A stretch of DNA of 62,988 nucleotides, counting the filler, from Bonamia ostreae (taxonomy: Eukaryota), in NCBI GenBank assembly GCA_040357525.1. It is 22 parts of 22 records of this genome, joined end to end, with 100 filler letters (N's around TTAATTAATTAA, not from the genome) between each part and the next. Parts side by side here need not be neighbours in the genome. Positions count along the whole stretch, not along the records: positions 51,751 to 54,491 come from JBDODL010000710.1; positions 54,592 to 57,328 come from JBDODL010000711.1; positions 57,429 to 60,159 come from JBDODL010000712.1; positions 60,260 to 62,988 come from JBDODL010000713.1; 18 more parts are not named here. One strand, written 5' to 3'. The notes beneath the pieces are model-generated. The model had not been told where the DNA came from and ran no database searches. It saw only the letters and a program-made list of their open reading frames with translations. The position numbers and the translations under genes were made by a program. Each line of letters opens with the position of its first letter. Position 1 is the stretch's first letter. This document shows positions 51,751-62,988 of this stretch, one piece after another.

Positions 51751-52110
51751 AAATAATTTTTCACTATTTTATAATTTAAAATGTAAAAATTCGAATAATT
51801 TGATTAAATAAATAAAACTTTTGAAAGAGCCAATGAAGTCAATGTTCGCTTTTCCATCTAAGTCGCAATGTAATTTTAATGTGCTGTTATAATAGACTTT
51901 CTGAGTCGAGTTAATTTTGTATGCGAGGACATAATTTCTAATTGCCCTCAAATTGCATTTACCTCTAAATTTTCGATCTCCATTAAAACAGTCGATAGTT
52001 AGAATGCGCATATCTTGCGTAAAGTTATCTAGGCATCCTTTTTTACGAAAAATTTTGACAAAAACCTGTTAAATTTGTTTCATAGAACAAAAGCATCAGA
52101 TAAAACAAAT
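51751..52110 (-). CDS. Cys-rich surface protein family member (partial), similar to 17991-18278
   Basis: GC...C....F.GKC...A...YVLA...L.LHC pattern shared with the 17.4-18.4 kb gene. Confidence 0.5.
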
Positions 52111-52311
52111 TTAAAATTTTCATTATTTTTGAAATTAAAAAGTTAATTTCTTTTTTTGAAAGTTTGATATATTGAATCAGAAAGTTTTTGATGTGTTTCT
52201 AATAAAAATTTAACGATTATGTCGAAAATAGAATGCAATAAAAATATAATTAATTTCTGCCATTAATTTAAAACAAATAAATTAGGAAATCACAATAAAT
52301 AGGAATTGGAA

Positions 52312-54260
52312 ATGGAAGATTTTAGTCCAAAAGACGACAAACTGTAATTATAATTTTGCAATTTTAGAATAAATTTCGAGCAAAAAATTAAAGGAAAATC
52401 AAATTTGCAAAAATTGAAGCTTTGGAAAACGTTTTTATTCTAAATTCGATTCCTTTATTATCAAAAAAGTTTTCTGAGAAAAGAGAAAGATAAAGAGAAG
52501 TACATTTGCTTTTTGGAAAAATGTCTGAATAGTCTCATCGACGCCAAAGATCTAAAGAACGATGCGACTTTTTTAAATTTATGGATTGAATATGTTTTCC
52601 ATTCCAATTTTAAAGACAATTGCGTTACCAAGTCAAGCAGCTTTGAAGATTTTTCGAATCTTGAAGCACAGAAAAATTGGAATTGTTTTAATAAATTACA
52701 AAAGGCAAATTCAATGTTCTATTTGGTATGGGCGGCCCAATTTTTGCGGTCGAAAAAGCGAAAACAAGCGATAAAAATATTGAAATTGGGAATGGATTTA
52801 AAGGCAACGCCATTTAATGCTTTAAAAACGCGTTACAAACAATTGACCAAAAAAAGCAAAAAGACAAAAACTTTAAATGAAATTTACAAAGAACTTGAAA
52901 GTTCTTATTCGTCAGAAATTGACGATATTCTGACAAAACGTTTAAAACTTTACAAATTTAAATTAGACATTTTAAAGAAATTTTTCAGACAATTTTTCTG
53001 GTTCTAGCAAATTTTTATTAGAAAAATTGATCAAATTTTTGTATTTGATAAATTTTCTGTTTCAATTAAACAATATTGATCAATTTTTTGCTAATTTTTC
53101 GTTCATTTTTTAAATTTTAAATGATAATCAAATTGTAAATTTTTTAAAATAAAGCAATTAAAGAAAATGACATTTTATCAAATTCGAAAAAATCGCTTTC
53201 ATGTGAAAAATATTTAGACAAAAACAATCCATTGACGGAAACACCAGTTCCAAACAGTGGAAAGTCAAAATCAAAAGGAAAAATTTTTGACAAATTTCAA
53301 ATTTGGAAAAAGTTTTTTCGTAAAAATTCGGCAAATTTAAATCTTAAAAATTAATTTTTTACCAAAAATATAAAAAGTTGTTTGGACTGGTCAATATCAC
53401 AAAATGATAAAAACTTTGAAAGTTTGGCTAAAAAATGTGTTGACGATTTTTGTCCAAAAATCACCAAAAACAAAGACAATTTTGAGCAATTTTCAAATTT
53501 GCTAAAAAATTACGTTTCAGAAATTCCTCCATTTTATTCCAAAATACTTTTATCCTTGTTACAACACCAAAACGCAAAAAATGGATGTTGCAACAATAAA
53601 AGAGACGAGAACAATAAAAAAGATGTTTTAAACGCAAAATCTATTTCTGAACTTTGCGAGGAACTTGAAGACTCTTATAGTTCAGCCATTATCGACGAAA
53701 ATTTAGCCAACACACAAAATTTTGATAACGAAGAAACTTTTGAGAACAACAAAGAAAATTTGACTAATCGACAAAATTTTGATAACGAAGAAACTTTTGA
53801 GAACAACAAAGAAAATTTGACTAATCGACAAAATTTTGGCGACAAACAAAATTTTGACGAAAAAAACATTGAAACTTTTACAGAAAGCAGTGGAAAGTCG
53901 AACAATTTAGACAAAACAGAAAAGCTAAATTTTAATAAAAATAGCATTGAAAATGTCGACACGTTGAGCATGCCGACAAAGACACTATCTTATAACATTT
54001 ATAATGAAAATTCTTTGATAAAAACGCCGATTCCGAAAAAATTGTTTGAGGCTAAATTTGGCAAAAATAAAATAAAATTTGGCCAAAATTCAGATACTTT
54101 TGTAATAAAAAGAAATCAGTTTCTTCAATCAACAAAAATTGCGAAAAAGAAAAAAATTTTTGAGAAGTTGAATTTTTTTAATTTAGACAAGATCGAATAA
54201 TTGATCCGTTTGGATGCACAGAAGAACACAAATTTTTTGTGGAAAAATATTGGGATGAAA
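52312..54260 (+). CDS. BUB1/MAD3-like spindle checkpoint protein N-terminal part (3' partial)
   Basis: LEKC...ND..FLNLWIEY, FYLVWA, AIKILKLG....A.P...L..RY TPR motif; KEN motifs. Confidence 0.7.
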
Positions 54261-54591
54261 GCAATTCCAAATTTAATCAATTTAATTTTGGATTTTTTGA
54301 TCACAACAAATTGTTAAAATTTAAATAAAACAATCTTTAATTATTAAATTGCAACAAAAAAATTATCGCTTTATTTGCAAAATTCAAAAAAATTGATAAA
54401 TTGCAAAAAAATTATCGCAACAAAAATCGATAAATTGCAAAAAAATTATCGCTTTATTTGCAAAATTTAAAAAAAAATCGATAAATTGCAANNNNNNNNN
54501 NNNNNNNNNNNNNNNNNNNNNNNNNNNNNNNNNNNTTAATTAATTAANNNNNNNNNNNNNNNNNNNNNNNNNNNNNNNNNNNNNNNNNNNN

Positions 54592-55754
54592 GATTTCAAT
54601 TATTTCCAAAAATAAAAAAGATAACCGAAACAATAAAGTCCCCAAAAACACAAAATCGTTCAAAGGTCAACACGACAGACCTCATTTGTCAGAAGAAGAA
54701 TTATCAGAATTGAAATGGCCAATTCTGACTTTGTACGCTTTGTTGGGCTGTGGAATGGTTGCGAATCTGAAATTCCTAGCAATGTTCTTGGCACATAAGT
54801 ACTTTGGTGACAATGAAGACAAATTTGGATTGTTAGAAATCATTTTGTCGATTGTCGTCGTTTTTTTCAAAGCAAACAGCATTTTGATCTTCGATTGGGC
54901 TTTGCGTATTTATACGAATCGACTTGTTCTGATGATCGATGCTTTCTCTTTTTCTATTGCTCTTTCTGAAGGTATTTTTTATTGTTACAATTTTTGATAA
55001 AACTATTTTTGTTGTTGTTTCATCGTTTAATTGATTTTTCCACATTTTTTCGTTCAACGAAATTTTTTTTGTTGTTGTTTCATCGTTTAATTGCTTTTTC
55101 CACATTTTTTCGTTCAACGTAAAAACAATTTTTTGTTGTTGTTTCATCGTTTAATTGATTTTTCCACATTTCTTCGTTCAACGAAAAAATTTTTGTTGTT
55201 GTTTCATCGTTTAATTATTTTTTAATGTGAAAAAATTTTAAAATAAAGTAATTTACATGACAACTTTACAACTTTACAAACTTTACGATCCCGCGATGAT
55301 GAATTTATTCTATATCGCAATAATTTTTTTGTTGCTCTGCATTTACAGTATGCGTTCTGGCGACAAAAAACCGATAAAAATCTGCTTGCTCGAGCAGTTG
55401 AAACATTGCCTCCAAAGTACTTGTTGCCGCAGAGACGCAAACCAAAAAATTTCGAGTAAAGAGGGATATCAAAGATATCCCAGTAAAAAGGAAAAAGGTT
55501 GCTGTTGTTTAGCTGAAAATGAAAAGAAATATCGATTTGGCAAACAAAAAAATATTAGTTCTATAAGTTTAAGTTCCAAAGAACTTCACAGTAAAAAATT
55601 TTACGGTGCAAATAATTTCGAAGAAATGCAATTTAATAAAATCGAAAACGAGTATATATATGACCAGAATGACAGAGATTTTGGTCAACTTGAGAATGAG
55701 AGAGGTCAAAATTATGACGTTAACAATGGCGAGATAGAAATAGCGTATTGGTGA
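54592..55754 (+). CDS. Hypothetical multi-pass membrane protein (5' partial)
   Basis: Several TM segments split by a repeat-filled intron. Confidence 0.55.
55005..55215. repeat. Intronic ~60 nt tandem repeat (about 3.5 copies)
   Basis: TTGTTGTTGTTTCATCGTTTAATTG..TTCCACATTTTTTCGTTCAACG. Confidence 0.9.
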
Positions 55755-56173
55755 TTATTAAATCTTTAAAGACTGTTCTCTAAAACATTTTAAGAAATTT
55801 TGTTGTTATAAAGAGCAAAAAATATTTTAAAAGATATAAAAAAATCATCTTGAAGAACAAAAAAATATAAAAAAAATTTGTTAAAAACGAACAAAAATGT
55901 TTAAGAACGAAAAATTATTTAAAAGATTTTGTTCAACAACGAAAAAATGTTAAAAATTTAAGAACGAAAAATTATTTAAAAGATTTTGTTCAACAACGAA
56001 AAAATGTTAAANNNNNNNNNNNNNNNNNNNNNNNNNNNNNNNNNNNNNNNNNNNNNNNNNNNNNNNNNNNNNNNNNNNNNNNNNNNNNNNNNNNNNNNNN
56101 NNNNNNNNNNNAATTTAAGAACGAAAAATTATTTAAAAGATTTTGTTCAACAACGAAAAAATTTTGCAATTTA

Positions 56174-57187
56174 TCAGAAAGCGCCAATTCTGCTGAAACA
56201 GCACACGACCAAAAGATAAACAAAGAAAATAGCAAAAATAATCGACACTGCCAAAAGACGCCAACTGTTATAGAAAAACATCACTACCCGAGCGTCCCAG
56301 CGATGCCAAGTACTTCCTCTCGTCTTTTTTAAAATCGTCAAAAAGTACTTCTGCGGCATCACTATTATCTGCCGGCGATAAAAATATCGCCAGTAAGCCC
56401 TGTTCAAAAACATCGGCCCAGTTGAGAACATGATTGAAGGGTACGGAAAAAGGTACCCGACGTCAGAATTCACTACTTCTTCAATCAGAAAATGGAAGAA
56501 TTGATGTTTAGGAGAAACAGCCATGAAGGCGTTTGTCAAACCGAACGGGTCAGTAAGTTGCATTAAAATCCCTTTGGCCATTAGCCCGTCGTCCCAGAAC
56601 TTTTTTAATGGTTGAATGCATTCGAAATCCAGGTCTGTGTAAATCCCACCGTATTTGTAGAGCAACAGATATCTTTCAAAATCAAAAATTAATGGCGGTA
56701 ATGACAATTAAAACATTTTGTAATATTAAACCTCCCAAGATCGACGCGTTGAATGGGGTACTTGTAATTATCAAAAATTTTTAAGAGATGTGGAAAATCG
56801 TCCCTGACCAAATTTCTCAAATCTTCATCGTCCCAGAAAACATATTTGAATTCAGGATTTATTTGCAAAAATGTTTTCTGGTTCTTTTCCCATTCGTACG
56901 GAAATTCTTTCTCGTTCTTTGTTTTGTACGTATGGTGGAGTATCTTTGGCACTTCAGCTTCCGAATTTGGTTTGAATCCTTTCAGAAACGAATTGAGTAT
57001 TTAATTTTCAAAATGAATTGCAGCAATGAAATAATTTTCAAATTAACGCTTAGATGATTGTAACAACAAAACCAGAAGGAGTGATAATATGGAGAAGGAA
57101 CAAAGATTCGATGACATAAATGCAACGGGAGACAATGGCGAATATAAGGATTGCTGCAACAAAATAAAGAATGGTTTTTTTAATCAT
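56174..57187 (-). CDS. GT32 glycosyltransferase (SUR1/CSH1 MIPC-synthase-like)
   Basis: PKILHHTYKT, FWDDE, YKYPIQRVD, YGGIYTDLD, MFSTGPMFL, GSTWHRWDA. Confidence 0.9.
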
Positions 57188-57705
57188 TCTGTGGAGAATA
57201 TAAAGGCTCTACTTTAATTAAATAGCCGTTTGATATTCTCAAAATTTCAATTTAAATAACCGCTGCCGATTTTGGTTTTAAAATTAATTTATAAGTAAAA
57301 TAAAAGTGGGAGGCAACAGAGATTGAAANNNNNNNNNNNNNNNNNNNNNNNNNNNNNNNNNNNNNNNNNNNNTTAATTAATTAANNNNNNNNNNNNNNNN
57401 NNNNNNNNNNNNNNNNNNNNNNNNNNNNGAATAAATATTCAATTTTTCTTTAATAAATATTCGATTTTTTTTATAAACTTTGTTAAATTTGAGGTTTTTT
57501 TCAAAATTTGTTATTTACAATTATTTTAAAATTTGCGATTTTTTTTAATAAAATTTGTTAAATTTGTGGTTTTTTTTCAAAATTTGTTATTTACAATTAT
57601 TTTAAAATTTGAGATTTTTTTATAAAATTTGTTAAATTTGAGGTTTTTTTCAAAATTTGTTATTAACAATTATTTTAAAATTTGCGATTTTTTTTTAAAT
57701 AAAAT

Positions 57706-58563
57706 TTAAAAACTAGAAAAATTATTAAAATTCTTTTTTTGCCCAATTTTCTCAAAATTTTGTTTTTCTGAAAAATTTTTGTCTTTCGAAGCAGTTTTGG
57801 TGTTTTGGACATTTTTCAAAGTTTTTTCTTTCAAATATTTCCATTTCGGCAAAAATTTTAAAATTTTCCCGTTTTTTCGATCATTTTCGACGCTTTCCGT
57901 TTTCACGTTTTTAATCCTTTTTTTCTCAAAATAATTTGTTCCAACCTTCTCTGCAAAATAGTTTTTTTCTGTTGTTCTTGTTTTCTTTTTAATATTTAGC
58001 TATTGCGATTTAGCCAGATTAAAACGATAATTTCTAAAAGATTTAAAACGTTTTTCGATTTCATATTGTTTGCTTTGATCTTGCTTGAAATGGCTTTGTC
58101 CCAAACGGAGTTTTCAGTTTTTTTGTTGCTGTGAGAGCCATTTGCAGAAATATTTTGCTTTCCGTTTTTTCGCGTTTGTTTCGCGACACTTTTTGCGGAA
58201 TTGGAAATTTTGTTCTGTTTGGAAGATTTTCCTTTCGGTTTGGATAGATTGAAAAAGGCCAATTTCGGATAGATTTCTTCAAAGTTGACATCTCCGATTT
58301 GCTGATTTTGCGATTTCGGAAGATTTTGTTTTGATGTAGAAGCAGCAGCGCCGTTTTGGACTGTTTTCCCGTTAAAAGAAGATTGTTTTCGCGACTTTGC
58401 GATTTTAATTACAAACATCGATTTTTTTGTTTCGGAAAGATGGTCCATCTTCCTCAAAGGACATTGCGTTGATGGATTCGAGCAGCTGAGAACCAATCAA
58501 ATCAAGTGCCTCGCTGTCGTCCAGAGTTGGTTCACCTTGAGTTTCTGCGTTTGTGCCATTCAT
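57706..58563 (-). CDS. Hypothetical Lys/Asn-rich protein (3' partial)
   Basis: ATG at 58563 and successive - strand ORFs. Confidence 0.45.
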
Positions 58564-58688
58564 TGTTTGGCTAAATGGATTTTTTAATATATTTTATAAC
58601 GAAATGTTAAAAAAATCGGACAGAAATCGATTTTTAAAACAGAAAAAAATTGTTAAAACGGAAAATAACAAAATCAAAAGATTTATTT

Positions 58689-59991
58689 TCACAAAATGAA
58701 ATTTAGTTGTTTCATCCGTTTTCTAATATCTGTTATTCTGTTGACAACATCGTTGCTTTTGCCATTTTTGTTTTTCTCTATTCGCTTTTTAACAATCTTT
58801 TCGTCTTTATTTCTGTCTTTATTTCTGTCCTTATTTGTGTCGTTATTTGTGTCGTTTTCTGTTTTGTTCGATATCGAACTTTCGATAAGTTTGTAGTCTT
58901 TGTTGAAATTTGTCGTTTTTTGTTTGTTTGTGTCTCCAAAATTGTTTTTTGCGTCGCTGTCCGAAGAATAGTCTTTGTAATTTGCTCCATCTTTGGAATT
59001 TCCGATGGCATTCTTTTTAAGGTCGTTTTCGTTAAATGACGCAAAATCATCCATTTTCAGCAATTTTGGCTCGATTTTCGCAAAATCGATTCTGAAGACG
59101 TCCGGCAAAACAAAATCAGCCGAAATTTCGCTTTTGTTAAAATTTGACTCGATTCGTAAAATTTTTCTTTTCGCAAAATATTGTTCTCTTTGACTCAATT
59201 CCGCCGTGTTCGCGATTTCCAGAATATTTTTCTCTCCAAAATTTTTAATGAAAAATCCGATGAAGCTTAAAATTTCATTTTCTTTCGACTTTTCTTCGAT
59301 TTCAATCTAATTTTTGTCAATAGAAACGGTGAACGCCGACAGAACAACGGAGAACAAATCGCTTTTGTCCGCTTTCTCCAAATTTTCGTCGTTTAATATA
59401 TTCGCTAAAGTCCGAATAACGACATATTTTGACTCAAAAAATTTTGCGATTTTTAGAGATTCCGCAGCGATTTTGACAAAATTGGCAAAATCGATTTTTG
59501 AAATTTGCGCCAAAAAGTTCAGATTTGAATTGACCGAATTGCCATTTTTGCAAAATTTGGCCAAAACAAATTTTACAAAATTTTCAAATTTTTGTTGTTG
59601 CAAATTTTGTGGCAAAATTTTGGTTAGAATTGAAATCGACATTGATCTGACGAGATCGGAATTTTCAGCTTTTTCGTTGGCAAATTTAATAATTTCAAAA
59701 ATAGACGAAAAATCGTTTTGGAATTTTTTCGGGTTCTTCGTTACTTCGGTTTCCAAAATTTTCAGATCGTCGAAGATTTTCTGTTTTAAAATTTGGATCT
59801 TATCAAACTTGTGGATCGTCGTCGCTAATCATTTTAATCGACTGTTTTTGGACAATTTTGTCCAAATTTGGCGGTTTTGTGGTTTCCTTCGATGACGGCG
59901 AAATTGTCTAAAAGTTTTGTTTTTTGTTGAAAATTATTTTTTTTCGGACGTTAAAAAAGCTAAATATGACAAAATTAGACTTTTTTGGCAT
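58689..59991 (-). CDS. Hypothetical HEAT-like helical protein (possibly CLASP C-terminal-like)
   Basis: Amphipathic helical repeats (LVRSMSISILTKIL; VIRTLANIL). Confidence 0.4.
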
Positions 59992-60259
59992 TCAATCTAA
60001 CGATTTTTGAGGTTCTGTGGATAGTGAAAGGAGTTGTTCTTTTGAGCGACGATAATAGTTTTGGTCTTTTGTAAAGCGAGGGCGTTTTAATGCCGTTGTG
60101 CGGTGCTGTTTTCAGTGATCTGATTTTATCTAAATTGAAGTTTAGCTTTTTGGTATTCCNNNNNNNNNNNNNNNNNNNNNNNNNNNNNNNNNNNNNNNNN
60201 NNNTTAATTAATTAANNNNNNNNNNNNNNNNNNNNNNNNNNNNNNNNNNNNNNNNNNNN

Positions 60260-61999
60260 TGGAAGATTTTCCCAAATTTGGACGTTTCTTCTCATATCTT
60301 CATTCTCCTCCAATTCTTGAAGAAATCTCTCTTCGTCCTTTTGTTCATCATATTCGCTTTTAATTTTTTGCCTTTTATGTTTCTTGTCGCTATTTTCATC
60401 GGTTTTATCCACTTCGATCGCCATTTTCTCTTTCGCCAATCGCCGCAATTTCCATCCACGGCGTTTTTTGCGTTCGAAAACTTTTCTCACCAAAATGACA
60501 TTTGGGAGCTTGGTCCTCTTCGCGCCTTTATTTTTTCTTCGTGTTCTTTTGTCCGATGTTTTGGCTACCTCTTCACCCAGATTGAGCGTTCGTAGATCGT
60601 ATCCAAGACATAAATCGCCTGGCCGCAGGATGTTGCCGAGGTGGGAATCTATCTCGATATAATTTTCCGGCTCGTTTACATCTTCGGATCGGACGCATTC
60701 GATTGCCGCTTTTCTGTATTTCGTTCCTTTTGGCTCTTTTGCTTTCTATTTTGTAATTTATTTGTCTTCGTTTAATGAAAGAGGTGGACTAAAGTGTTTG
60801 TCTCTGATCAAAGTTTTTGATTAAAGTTTTTCTGATTAAAGTGGACAAAACATCCATTTCTTGACAGAATTAGCAAAAACGGGCAGAAAACGGACATCGA
60901 TGACTAAGAACTCCACCATCGACCTCGAATTGCAAAGAACTTCGAGTCGGTTTTTAAAATACTCCGCCGGAGTTATTTTGACGCGGTGCAGTGTGAACGG
61001 GTTTACGAAAGTGAGTTGATTCGTCACTTTGACGCAAATCAGAAAAGGCGAATCGCCGCCGAGTTTTTTAGACAAGTTTTTGTTGTCGAAGAAGACGATG
61101 TCTTCTCTGCAGATCGGGGCAATCTCTACTGCGACGGTGTACTTGTACTTCGTTATGTTCGAGTGGAAATCTTGCGAAATCAGTCTTTTGCTTTCGTCTC
61201 TTCTTATCGGGACAACAGAGACGAGGAAGTCTACCAGGTTCGCAGCGAGGGATTTGTTTTCGAAGTAGAGATTGAGTCCTTCTGGCACTTCCTTCATCCC
61301 GGTTATGTTTTCCGCCAATCCTTGTTTCAATAACATCTTTATTTGAAAAATTAAAGTCTTCAACTTGTTCCAAATAGAAAAAGGTTCTTTTGTGGTCGAC
61401 TCTTTGGCGAATTTGGACACACGCGGTCCAAGTGTTTTCCGTGAAAGAGCGTTGGCAAATGTCGCATTGTTGGTTTGAAATAGTAAAGTGGACAACAAAG
61501 GACTAAAATTTTGGCTGAAACTTGCTGGACGACGCTGTTGTTGATGGATTCGCCTCTGGCGGTTATTTTTATCTCGAGTCGTTTCGAGTGAGGCTCTGTC
61601 CACAAAAAGACGGCGTCGACAAGTTTAAGTTTTTCGAGGCCATTTATTTTCTTTAGACAGAGCGACAAAAGTTCTTTTGACTAAATTTTGTCGTTTTGGC
61701 AAAAATCGATTTGTAATTTTTTTATTGGTCGCAAAAATCGATTTGTAATTTTTTGTTGATCACAAAATTTAACAATTTTTTAAATAAAACCTCCAAATGA
61801 CAAACAATCCATTTGGTTTTCTGTAAAAATCGATTGCAATTCCGACACTAAATTGATTTGTAGAAACTTGAAGAACAACGAACTGCCTCCCAATTCCTTT
61901 CGTAATGTCCACTTCGTTCTGAAGGCATTTGTTGCACATGTTCAACGAATTCGGGGCAATAGGAATTCCACAGAGACAACACAATATAGTTTTCTCCAT
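60260..61999 (-). CDS. NMD3: 60S ribosomal export adaptor NMD3 (3' partial)
   Basis: ILCCLCGIPIAPN..NMC..C, LVDAVFLWTEPHSKRL, SKRLISQD, VEIAPICRED, SHLGNILRPGD. Confidence 0.96.
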
Positions 62000-62069
62000 T
62001 TTAGCCAATACCGGAGATATTGTGTTTCAATACAATTATTAGCTTAACTAAAAATTAGCCAAAGCTTAA

Positions 62070-62988
62070 ATGTCTGACTCCAGAAAAAATCAAGTCTCGA
62101 AAATCAAGACAAACTCTGATTCTGATAATAACACGTTCAAAAGACAAATTGATAAAGGTCCATAAATTTAAAGTCTAAAATTTTATTCGAACCCTAAAAA
62201 CCCACAACACATTTTCATAAAAATGTAAAAATGTAAAAATGCAAAAAACAAAAAATCCAATTTGCAGAAACCGCCGAGAAAATCGACAAATCGGTCGAAT
62301 ACGAAGGCGACTGCAGTTGGTACAACGAAAGCAAAGGATATGGCTTCATAACATGCTCCGCTCTCCCCTGCGACGCTTGGGTCCACATCAGCAACATCAA
62401 CTCCAACGACACCGCCGATCCCGCCAACGCCAAACTTCACACGGGGCAACATTGCGCCTTCCAAGTTCAGCTCAAGCCCTGTCCCGGCGCAGAAGACTCG
62501 TTCCGCGTGTCCGCCGTGAACGTCTTCCCGGTCTTGAAGGACGGCTCCGAAGAACCGCCGAAGAGCGCAAAGCGCCTCAGCGGCGTTTGCGTGCGGTTCA
62601 ACGAACACAAAAAATTCGGGTTCGTCCAATGCGCCGAGAAAGGCTGCGAGCGGCTCTTCGTGCACAAAGACCAAATCCAGGGCGGAAAGCCGTTGAGAGA
62701 AGGGCAAAAGGTGACTTTGGAGTTGGCGACTTTCAAAGGTCGCACAAAAGCGGTGAACGTGATCGCTGAGAAGTTCGTGGAAGACCCGTTGAGCAAGGAC
62801 GTCAGAAAAGGCGTCGTCGCGATATTTTATGATGATCGCGCGTTCGGTTTCGTCCGAGAAGAAGATTGCGGCGAAACGCACTTCTTCCACAAAGAAAATG
62901 TGATCGGCCGGAAAGATTTGGTCGAGTTCCAAGAAGTTAAGTTCAAACTCAGAAAAAAGATGTTTATAAAACTTTTGATTTTGTGATA
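62070..62988 (+). CDS. Multi cold-shock-domain RNA-binding protein (at least 3 CSDs, partial)
   Basis: WYNESKGYGFI..WVH, RFNEHKKFGFV..LFVH, YDDRAFGFV..FFH; intron ~62158-62267. Confidence 0.88.

Overview
This is not a continuous chromosome. It is about 22 separate ~2.8 kb contigs joined by an artificial N45-TTAATTAATTAA-N44 linker, so adjacency across linkers is meaningless. The DNA is a compact, AT-rich eukaryotic nuclear genome using the standard code, with fast-evolving proteins and aerobic mitochondrial genes (fumarase, COQ9). A parasitic protist is likely; a haplosporidian/ascetosporean such as Bonamia is a guess only. Genes carry many tiny GT-AG introns (19-28 nt) with an unusual pyrimidine-rich donor (mostly GTTTT/GTTAA), and many longer introns are filled with local tandem repeats. 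Recognisable genes: ODC-like, TRAX, BRX1, ARPC4, NT5DC, GST-like, HAP2/GCS1, UBC4, FUM1, LDAH, PUF, UBC2/RAD6, Sin3-like, IRE1, two collagen-like genes, NUF2, GPAA1, SLC34, RPA1, COQ9, BUB1/MAD3-like, a GT32 mannosyltransferase, NMD3 and a triple cold-shock-domain protein. There are also two tRNAs, LINE and hAT relics, and unidentified structured RNA candidates. All calls are by eye, without database searches.
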